Shown here piece by piece: positions 57,085 through 64,000 of a stretch of DNA of 64,000 bases. The notes beneath the pieces are model-generated. The model worked only from the letters and a program-made list of their open reading frames with translations, had not been told where the DNA came from and ran no database searches. Origin of the DNA: a virus. Taxonomy: Duplodnaviria > Caudoviricetes. The stretch lies in the IMG/VR virus record IMGVR_UViG_3300010429_001449; one strand, 5' to 3'. Position numbers and translations under genes: made by a program. Position 1 is the stretch's first letter, and the number at the start of each line of letters is the position of its first letter.

Positions 57085-58180
57085 CTACTTACTGTTGGAT
57101 TTCTTCGTTCTGTTTATCCTCACGGCAGCTTGCAACTCACGCAGTGTTAATATGAATTGAGCGCGTGCGCTTTGCAAGTCAGATGCCGGAAACAAGTCGG
57201 GACATTTTGGGCGCAACAGATCGAACCAGAAACAGCCAAAACAACCGAGGTCATCTTCATCAAACCGTTGCTTGTACGCGCTCTTGAACGGCATAATATC
57301 GTCAGGCAGGGGAATCGTCTTGCCTGCCAGACAGCGGTTACATGCCTCGCGTTTCTTGTTGTTGGTTAGTTTGCTGACTACTTGATAAGCCAATGCCCAC
57401 GGAAGCGTACAACCGCCTTCCCCACGCACGGCTCTAAGGCTGTTCAACAACCAGAAGTTATCGGGCGGGTCCGCCAGCAAAGAAGTCACAGTCAAAGGGA
57501 CGGCGGCTATGCTAAGCTTTTGCCGCGCCTTTTCAGGCATTCTATGGTCTATCTGAGCCTCTCGCGTAGTAAAGGGCACGCCCAAGAAATCTGGCGAAAA
57601 AAAACTGCCGCAACACGGCTCGAAAATGTTTAGGAAGCTTGTTCCAAGACGCGCCCCACACGTTGGACGGCTCCTCATAGCCGATAATCATGCGGTAAGG
57701 CATGCCGCTGGCGTCTTTCCAGAACCACGCGCTGTCTTTCGTGTTACCGTCTTCGTCCGCCGCAAACATAAAACCTAGATTGCGCAGACCCATCGCGGGT
57801 CGCGCAGCCTGCTGACTGGCTTTATGCTCTGAAATTTCTTGATTTGAGCGGGGCGTCTGATACCAACCGTATAAACACGACAACGACGATTCGGCAGTGG
57901 GCAGGGACTCAGAATGAATGATGACGCTGTCGGCGAATAGCTTGTCGTTGTGTGGCCACTTGCCTTTAATCTCTATTAAAAAGAGCAAGAGCAAGTTGTG
58001 CAGAACGACCGAATCAGAGAAGTCGTAACCATACTGTCTGCACAATCCTTCCAGAAAAGGAAGTACAAACATCTCTACTGTCTTGCCTTCCGGAGCCAAC
58101 AACAATTGAAGCGACTGCTTGATTTCATCAATCCGCTGTTGACGTTCGGATAAATTCATGACGCCTTTCTGCTCACTCAT
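57085..58180 (-). pseudogene. HNH restriction-endonuclease-like gene (IceA1/NlaIII-like C-terminus) split at a T8 tract
   Basis: ORFs 57542..58180 and 57085..57678 join into 364 aa if T8 (57597-57604) is T7; IDHRMP...YQ.V...N..KR..C..C...C.GCFWFD. Confidence 0.65.
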
Positions 58181-59064
58181 AGCGATATTTCCTTCAGAAG
58201 GGCCGCTACGACAGGGACGGTCATCGAGTTCGCCAACATTGCGTAGCGGCGCGTCCTACTGATGGATTCGGGAAACTCGAAGTCGGTAAAGCCAAACAAG
58301 CGGAGGCACTCCGTTACGGAAGGCTTGCGAAGTTGGCCTATAGCATGATTGACTGCCGCCACGTAACTAATGTACTCAGCGGAACTACCATTGCGGCAGA
58401 TAGTCTGTGTAACGCACGGAATGTAGTCATGCGTAAAATGAGCCAAACGCGCCTGCACCTTCGGCTTCGCCAAGAACGACTTTGTGACAAACAAGCTACT
58501 GTCAGCGTTACGATCCAGCACGGAGGCCAGCGGTGGATACGACGCCGTTCCAACAGGAAACTCAAAGTCCGGCGTGTCCTTGCCCACAATCCAGAGCCTG
58601 CGGCGGTTTTGCGGAAGACCGAAATCCAGAGAGTTCAAAACAGAGTACTTGACGTAATAACCCATCCGGCGGATTGTCCTTACAAGCCGCACGAGAGTCG
58701 CCTTATGCCGGAACACCAAACCTTCTACGTTTTCCGCAATGATCGTTTTGGGTCTGCTTTTTTCGACGATATCTAGGGCCTTCAGAACTACCTTTCCGCG
58801 CTCGTCGCAAAGTCCGTTACCCTTTCCTGCAAGCGAATAAGGTTGACAGGGGAAGCCGAAAACAAGCAAATCAACCGGCGGCGTCTTTGTGCCGTCAATG
58901 TCATAGACATTATCGTAGAATTTCCCGCACGCATGATTGGCCAAATAAGCAGTCTTGGCGTATCTATCATTGTCGCACGCGAACTCTACCGTATGCGGTA
59001 TCCCCAATACCTTGAGTGCCGCTTCCGGCGCTCCCATTCCAGAAAAAAGTGTTCCTACGCGCAC
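58177..59064 (-). CDS. C5-cytosine DNA methyltransferase
   Basis: FSGMG, GFPCQ, ENV, PQNRRR, ANS. Confidence 0.93.
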   Translation of the reverse strand: MRVGTLFSGMGAPEAALKVLGIPHTVEFACDNDRYAKTAYLANHACGKFYDNVYDIDGTKTPPVDLLVFGFPCQPYSLAGKGNGLCDERGKVVLKALDIVEKSRPKTIIAENVEGLVFRHKATLVRLVRTIRRMGYYVKYSVLNSLDFGLPQNRRRLWIVGKDTPDFEFPVGTASYPPLASVLDRNADSSLFVTKSFLAKPKVQARLAHFTHDYIPCVTQTICRNGSSAEYISYVAAVNHAIGQLRKPSVTECLRLFGFTDFEFPESISRTRRYAMLANSMTVPVVAALLKEISL

Positions 59065-59199
59065 AGAAAATCTCCAGACGAATGTTAAGCGACGCTATCT
59101 AATCCCACGGGAACTGTTACCGGCCACGCAAAGCCAGCGAAGTCTCCGCCCTTTGCTTTTCGGAACAGCCGTCGTTACTCGCCTAAAAGCATCACTCTT

Positions 59200-59227
59200 A
59201 TTATAACAGCGCGGCTAGAAATGTCAA
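59200..59227 (-). promoter_or_regulatory. Repeated phage promoter
   Basis: TTGACA-N16-TATAAT. Confidence 0.85.
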
Positions 59228-59874
59228 GGTGTTTTCCGCAATTCGTTAGGAATAACTGGCCGCTGCAGCCAATGTTCATCAGTTTGAACGTGATTCGGTC
59301 GAACGTACTTGGCGAAGCTCAGCGCGTGAAACTGCCATAGGATTCTGTCGTGGAGGCGGAGCACGTAACCTTCTTGCTTGGACGCGCCGAAGACAGACGT
59401 GCCGGTGAAACAAGCTCGAACAGCGGCTTCTGTGTAAAGTCCTTCGTAGAGCACGGGAACGCACGCCAGGCCGATACTCGCGGCAAACGCTTTCGTGTCC
59501 GGCCACGAGAGGCATATGTTTTGAGCGTCGTACACCGCGAACACAAGAAAGAAAGACGGAAGGTCTTTGTAATGAATGGTGTGTGTAGCGTAAAGATTCT
59601 CGCCGCATATCCGCCAATCGTCGGGTATCTGACAGGCTATGCCCGCGTGCAGGTTTTTTAGCCAAGACCGCGACGCATGATGCTGACTATTTATCGAGCG
59701 GGCGTGAAGGTAGTCCCGGTAGAGGGACGAGCATTCTCCATCCATCTTCTCGCTAACGACAACAGACGCCTTATCGAAGCTGGTCATGGACGCCAAGACA
59801 CGGTCGTCCTTCGTCACCGTGCCGGACCACGGAACATGAGCAATCTTTGGAAACTTGTAACGTTCACTGTTCAT
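59224..59874 (-). CDS. RNA ligase family protein
   Basis: KFPK..HVPWS...KDD, EKMDG, ICGEN, EGYVLR, AKYVR; start at the ATGA overlap. Confidence 0.85.
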   Translation of the reverse strand: MNSERYKFPKIAHVPWSGTVTKDDRVLASMTSFDKASVVVSEKMDGECSSLYRDYLHARSINSQHHASRSWLKNLHAGIACQIPDDWRICGENLYATHTIHYKDLPSFFLVFAVYDAQNICLSWPDTKAFAASIGLACVPVLYEGLYTEAAVRACFTGTSVFGASKQEGYVLRLHDRILWQFHALSFAKYVRPNHVQTDEHWLQRPVIPNELRKTP

Positions 59875-60296
59875 GTCTGCTCTTTTGCGACCGGCCATAC
59901 GTAAGGAAGCGCGGCTGGTTCCAACCAGCCGAATTGTCCGTACCACACAGGGTCTTTTCGCAACAGATTCGAGCGATGGCTTGCGTGGAAACTGTCATTG
60001 CCAATCCAAGGCGGCAGCACTCCCACCCCGTCGGTATGTTCGGGAGAAAGCCGTGAGTAACGAACGCCGTGGCAAAGAACACACGTCCAGAAAAACACGT
60101 TGTAGTAATCAGTGAGCGACTGTTCGTACCCGCGCCACATGCGCACCGCAGGATGATTCCGCCAGCCTGCCTTCGGGTTGCCCGATCTCAAACAACGCAG
60201 TATCTGCGCCGCCTCAACGACCTGCTTGATGCACCGTCGCTTATCCAGCACTTGAGCCGACGCAAGAAAGTCAGGGTAAGGAAGAAATGTCTGCAT
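59871..60296 (-). CDS. Pyrimidine-dimer glycosylase-like protein (MSMEG_6728 family)
   Basis: MQTFLPY.DF..SA..LD..R..KQ.VE..QIL, NHPAV.MW.GY, SHRSNLLRKDP, Y.WP. Confidence 0.85.
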   Translation of the reverse strand: MQTFLPYPDFLASAQVLDKRRCIKQVVEAAQILRCLRSGNPKAGWRNHPAVRMWRGYEQSLTDYYNVFFWTCVLCHGVRYSRLSPEHTDGVGVLPPWIGNDSFHASHRSNLLRKDPVWYGQFGWLEPAALPYVWPVAKEQT

Positions 60297-60302
60297 ACTT
60301 TT

Positions 60303-60330
60303 ATTATAACAGAGCAACCAGAATTGTCAA
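60303..60330 (-). promoter_or_regulatory. Repeated phage promoter (leaderless mRNA)
   Basis: TTGACA-N16-TATAAT; ATG 6 nt downstream. Confidence 0.85.
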
Positions 60331-60339
60331 GACGAAGAA

Positions 60340-60960
60340 TCAGCCGTGCAGACGCATCGTAGCGCGTACCTTGGCGAGCACGAAATCTATGCTTGTTTCC
60401 AAGACCTGTTGACAGGCGCGGGCATAAACAGCCGCAGTCGCCTCTTTGTCGTCTAATGCGCTGTGCTTACTGCACCACCAATCTGCGTGAGTAATCGGCC
60501 AGCAAGCGATAGGGCCTTGTACCACGGCGGTTTGATGAATAATAGGTACGGCTTGACGGCATTCTCCGGCGGAGTCAATGTCTTGAAGGATATCCACCAA
60601 CGGTGTGCCGTTCCAAGCAAAGTCAGGAGTACACTTTTCCCAGAAGGCGCAGTTGGCGCAAACGTGCTCTCTCAGCGGAGGTTCTTCCTGCTTCTTCGCC
60701 GGAGTTTCATCCACCGGGTCTTCTTCAGGAACGGCAATGTTCGGCGGCACTCTCGGTCCGCGAGATATAACCGCGTAGTCTTTGCCAGTAGCCGGGTGCT
60801 TCAATTCAACACGAATGACCGTGTCTCCTTGTGCCTCAACAGTCACGACGGTAAAGCCTGCCTTGGCGTACGCGGCGCGAACGGCGTTAGGGTCGTAATG
60901 TCCTAGGTACTGCCATACGTACTGAAGGTCTCTGGCTATCTGTGCGGTCTGAGTATTCAC
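60340..60960 (-). CDS. Hypothetical protein with a Cys cluster
   Basis: CANCAFW...GECR..P...WP...WCSKH. Confidence 0.65.
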   Translation of the reverse strand: MNTQTAQIARDLQYVWQYLGHYDPNAVRAAYAKAGFTVVTVEAQGDTVIRVELKHPATGKDYAVISRGPRVPPNIAVPEEDPVDETPAKKQEEPPLREHVCANCAFWEKCTPDFAWNGTPLVDILQDIDSAGECRQAVPIIHQTAVVQGPIACWPITHADWWCSKHSALDDKEATAAVYARACQQVLETSIDFVLAKVRATMRLHG

Positions 60961-60997
60961 AACGACTTCCTTTCTCGCAGTCCTTCGCGGATCGTTT

Positions 60998-61198
60998 TCA
61001 GAAATCCACGCCGGGGCGCAGCGTAACGCTGCGTATTGTATGGCAACGGTCGCACTTGAAACGAATGACGATCTGTCCGCCTTCTACAGCGAACTTGACC
61101 TGGCCTGCGGGCACAGTCACCACTTTGCGGCAAGGAACACAAGTCAACGCACACGCATTGAGCGCGGCGGACTCCGGTATTGGTTTTTGATCGGCCAC
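60998..61198 (-). CDS. Small Zn-ribbon protein
   Basis: CVPC...CDRC; AAGGAG RBS. Confidence 0.55.
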   Translation of the reverse strand: MADQKPIPESAALNACALTCVPCRKVVTVPAGQVKFAVEGGQIVIRFKCDRCHTIRSVTLRPGVDF

Positions 61199-61216
61199 AA
61201 TCGATCTCCTTTCTGC

Positions 61217-62137
61217 TCAGGACCAAGACAACGCGAACTTCTCCGGCTCGCCGGAGTTGAGCACGTAGTCACACGTCTCCAAGACAATCTCCAGCGCTTG
61301 GAGATGCCAGTCGTAATTGTAGCCGTTGGCGTAACGGACCACTACGTAGAAGCACGGTTCTTCACTCTTTTCGCCACGCAGGGCTGCCGCCAAGCTTTTC
61401 ACTTTGCCGACCACGACACCGAGCAGTTGCGGAAATTCAGCCATGAAAAACGTGCCGGACTCTGACCTGTAACTATTGCCAATGTTGTCTGGCGCAGCCT
61501 CGCCGAGAGCCAGCTTCTGCTTCTCTTGACGGTCGGTGACTTGTTTCATAAACACGTCTCGGACTTCCTTCTCGTTGGACGGCCATTCGGCGGGATCGCC
61601 AAAGAGAGGAATATCCACCCGGATAACGTCGAAGTTGGGTTGTTCCGTAATGACTTTGCGGAAGTCGTCCAAGAGCGATTGAACATCCGCACGCAAAGCG
61701 ATCCATTCGCCTTTCGTGTAGATAAGATCAGATTCCTTTCTACCCCGACGGAACACGTCGTTCAGATCGCGCCCGACAATACGGCGAAGTACGCTGTTCA
61801 AACCGGTGTCGTTATACGAACTGTGCCAATAGCCTATCTTGAACATGTCGTGGTCAGGATATTTGACTGACGGGTTCTCGACTCTAACGCGCTTGGTTGA
61901 TACGACCTGCCCATACTCATCGAGACCCAGGCTGGCGTAAAGCTCTTTGCACCGGCGGTGCATCTCGTCCTTTTCCTCTTGCGAAAGGTCGTTGTACTTT
62001 CGACCTTGCTGGATTTCGTCGCAAATCTCGGTCTCTTTGTCGTCGGCGGCTTGCTTTAAGGCAGCCTCTGCGGCCATCACACCCGCAGGATCGCCGTCAG
62101 GAAAATGCTCCAAGTAAATGTCCAAGCCCATCGTCAC
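61217..62137 (-). CDS. Hypothetical phage protein
   Basis: MGLDIYL...GYW.SSYN..G.N; own promoter and RBS. Confidence 0.7.
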   Translation of the reverse strand: MTMGLDIYLEHFPDGDPAGVMAAEAALKQAADDKETEICDEIQQGRKYNDLSQEEKDEMHRRCKELYASLGLDEYGQVVSTKRVRVENPSVKYPDHDMFKIGYWHSSYNDTGLNSVLRRIVGRDLNDVFRRGRKESDLIYTKGEWIALRADVQSLLDDFRKVITEQPNFDVIRVDIPLFGDPAEWPSNEKEVRDVFMKQVTDRQEKQKLALGEAAPDNIGNSYRSESGTFFMAEFPQLLGVVVGKVKSLAAALRGEKSEEPCFYVVVRYANGYNYDWHLQALEIVLETCDYVLNSGEPEKFALSWS

Positions 62138-62173
62138 GCTCCTTTGAAAGAGAAAACCTCGCTCAACACCTCT

Positions 62174-62201
62174 ATTATAACGGATAACAACCCAGTGTCA
62201 A
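62174..62201 (-). promoter_or_regulatory. Repeated phage promoter
   Basis: TTGACA-N16-TATAAT. Confidence 0.85.
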
Positions 62202-63014
62202 GTCCTTGTTAGGAAAAAAGCTCAAGAATTCGGCATGTGCATTTCTGCGCCCACCGCTGATTCCTCCTTGCCTTCGCGGACCGCTCAACTGCCAATTAAT
62301 CGGAGAGAGTGGCACAGCCTCGGACACATAACAAGGAACAGACAAAGCAGAAGCCAAAGAGACAACATCAAATCCGTCAGCGTATCCCGTCAATCCCGCA
62401 TAAGGAGGATCAAGATAAGCAGTCCCGTCTGGAATGGCCGCCAGAGATCGAACATCACAACACTGCGCTTTAACACCGCGCATCGATTCAACTAGCGCGG
62501 CCACTCTCCTTAAGAGTTCGTCGGGCATCGGCATCATCGGATTGACCGGATAACGCCGCGACGATGTTTCCGTTGGCGTCCAATAACTCCGAAAACTACA
62601 ATTACACCACTTGCCTTTGTCGATCCAAATCTGCTTCCCGCCAAACGCCCCTGCTTGAAGCAAGAGATACACATAGACTCTGTCTTCTTGTCTCGGAGCT
62701 TCTCTGGCAAGTCTCTCCAACACCCCCTGTACTCGCGTAACATCTTCCGGCAGCAATCGAAGAGTGCGCTCAAAGTCGCGCAGAGAAAACGTGCCGCGCC
62801 CTACGGATTGCCAGAACTCGCCCCATACGCCAGAGTCCACCATCACAATATCTGATGGCGAGACGCCGCGATTGACGGCCTCAATTGAGACCGCGCCTGA
62901 TCCACAACACAAATCCCACAGCGGGAGCTTGAGATCAATCTTATCCAAGATTGCAGCCGCAAGACGCACTTTAGCGCCTTGATAAGTGACCGCTGTATGG
63001 AGCTTAATTGCCAC
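62175..63014 (-). CDS. Dam-like N6-adenine DNA methyltransferase
   Basis: YQGAK.RLA, DLCCGSG.VS, YLDPPY; start uncertain (63014 or 63062). Confidence 0.85.
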   Translation of the reverse strand: MAIKLHTAVTYQGAKVRLAAAILDKIDLKLPLWDLCCGSGAVSIEAVNRGVSPSDIVMVDSGVWGEFWQSVGRGTFSLRDFERTLRLLPEDVTRVQGVLERLAREAPRQEDRVYVYLLLQAGAFGGKQIWIDKGKWCNCSFRSYWTPTETSSRRYPVNPMMPMPDELLRRVAALVESMRGVKAQCCDVRSLAAIPDGTAYLDPPYAGLTGYADGFDVVSLASALSVPCYVSEAVPLSPINWQLSGPRRQGGISGGRRNAHAEFLSFFPNKDLTLGCYPL

Positions 63015-63834
63015 AGTTGTTATCGTCGGTAGTTTCCTGTGGAACGACCGGCTCTTCACCAAACAAGACGCCTACGCGGTTCGCCACGCGCAAGATCGGG
63101 GGCAGAGCGAGTCTTTGCACCTCTTGTCGCTTAACGACTAAGGCAGGGTTCCTGCGGGCCTCGTGCTTTTCGGGCAGGGCGTCGATCTCCTCGGCGGTGA
63201 AAGGCCGCTCGACCGTGCGCCGGGCGTAGTAAGAGCCGCGCTTGAACCAGTCCGGGTAGTCGTTCCAATTGATGCCTTTCTGATGGAGCATCTCGTGGAG
63301 GTCCGCTCCGTTCTTGCGGTCGAGTTGATTGTGCGAGTAGACGGACTGGGCCGCTGCCTGCAAGCTATTACGCACGGCGTCCTGTTCCCGCCACACAAAG
63401 ACGTTGGCGGCTTCTTCCAGGGTCGGGACGTTCCAGACGCGGCAATCGAAAGTCGGGCGGCGATTCGCGTAGTCCCTGAGCGGACTTTCGCAGACAATCT
63501 CGAAAAAAGCCAGCGTCGCCGTTGATGCCAGCGTCGATGTCATCTTCTGGATACGCCCGTCGAAGTAGATTTGGCTGTCCGGGTCCGGAGCATGCCAGCA
63601 CAACGTTATTTCGTCGGACTGCGTATAGCCGACGCAAGCAGCCGTTTCTTCTACTAGGAAGGCTGTCAGGGCCTTCATAGCGGCGCACATCATGTTATCG
63701 AAGGGTTTGTCCATCCCAGCAGTGAAACTGCTGAAACACCGACCGTCCAAACGGGCGAAAGCAGGCAGTTTAGGCATTAGACGCCGTTGAGCTTCCGCGC
63801 CTTCGTAAAGCTTCATCCTATCGTCAAGATTCAT
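63004..63834 (-). CDS. Thg1-like tRNA(His) guanylyltransferase / 3'-5' polymerase
   Basis: RMK.YE, RLDGRCFSSFT, KPFD, YTQSDEI, FDGRIQK, FDCR, WREQDA.RNS. Confidence 0.93.
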   Translation of the reverse strand: MNLDDRMKLYEGAEAQRRLMPKLPAFARLDGRCFSSFTAGMDKPFDNMMCAAMKALTAFLVEETAACVGYTQSDEITLCWHAPDPDSQIYFDGRIQKMTSTLASTATLAFFEIVCESPLRDYANRRPTFDCRVWNVPTLEEAANVFVWREQDAVRNSLQAAAQSVYSHNQLDRKNGADLHEMLHQKGINWNDYPDWFKRGSYYARRTVERPFTAEEIDALPEKHEARRNPALVVKRQEVQRLALPPILRVANRVGVLFGEEPVVPQETTDDNNCGN

Positions 63835-64000
63835 GCGCCGTGTCCTCCAGCAACGAAAACGCCGTTATGAACGCTGCCGCGACTTGCGGCACAATGGCAT
63901 TGCCGTAACCGCGCAGTCGTCCCACGTGGGCGGAAACCCCATGAGCCAGCGGGAATGTGCCGGGTTCAACGCGCCGCGACTTTCCGTCCCGGCAGGGGAG
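63824..64000 (-). CDS. C-terminus of a C5-cytosine methyltransferase (partial)
   Basis: ..RRVEPGTFPLAHG...RLRGYGNAIVPQVAAAFI (motif X); stop at 63824. Confidence 0.8.
   Translation of the reverse strand, partial: LPCRDGKSRRVEPGTFPLAHGVSAHVGRLRGYGNAIVPQVAAAFITAFSLLEDTAHES
63865..63999 (-). CDS. Overlapping alternate-frame methyltransferase polypeptide (motif IX-like), partial
   Basis: ..GALNPAHSRWLMGFPPTW..; stop at 63865. Confidence 0.6.
   Translation of the reverse strand, partial: SPAGTESRGALNPAHSRWLMGFPPTWDDCAVTAMPLCRKSRQRS

Noticed and set aside
57085-57540. Independent gene starting at MPEKARQ
   Set aside because: The HNH-like DH motif lies upstream of this ATG, which favours a frameshifted single gene
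60957-61226. 89 aa ORF
   Set aside because: It overlaps the better-supported Zn-ribbon ORF 60998..61198, which has an RBS
1-64000. CRISPR array, DGR, retron or integrase
   Set aside because: No spacer array, reverse transcriptase or recombinase was found. The 290-bp duplicate is coding in both copies, not a TR/VR pair
1-64000. Stop-codon reassignment
   Set aside because: Core genes are intact in the standard code, all three stops are used, and neither tRNA is a suppressor

Overview
A 64 kb segment of a large tailed phage with a contractile tail (myovirus-like). Almost every gene is on the minus strand. In transcription order (right to left) it contains: (1) a host-takeover and nucleic-acid block at 55-64 kb with three complete DNA methyltransferases plus part of a fourth, a Thg1-like protein, an RNA ligase, a glycosylase, a NADAR protein, tRNA-Ser, and a restriction-endonuclease-like gene split at a T8 tract; (2) a probable small terminase, an aldo/keto reductase interrupted by a TnpB-only IS200/IS605 element, and tRNA-Leu; (3) a 31-51.5 kb block of probable head-packaged proteins around the large terminase; (4) a 16.4-31 kb block of kelch, decoration-like and glycosyltransferase genes; (5) portal, protease/scaffold, major capsid, a GT17 gene, a candidate sRNA, neck genes, sheath, three tail-tube paralogs and a partial tail-assembly gene. 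The best candidate for a new system is at 43.5-51.5 kb: three ~830-850 aa paralogs with a shared N-terminal YDW...K-QNPxHDxEGKF motif and a C-terminal GNAT-like domain, each coupled or fused to a homologous ~65 aa partner, as in effector/immunity pairs. All family calls come from motifs recognised by eye; no database searches were run.
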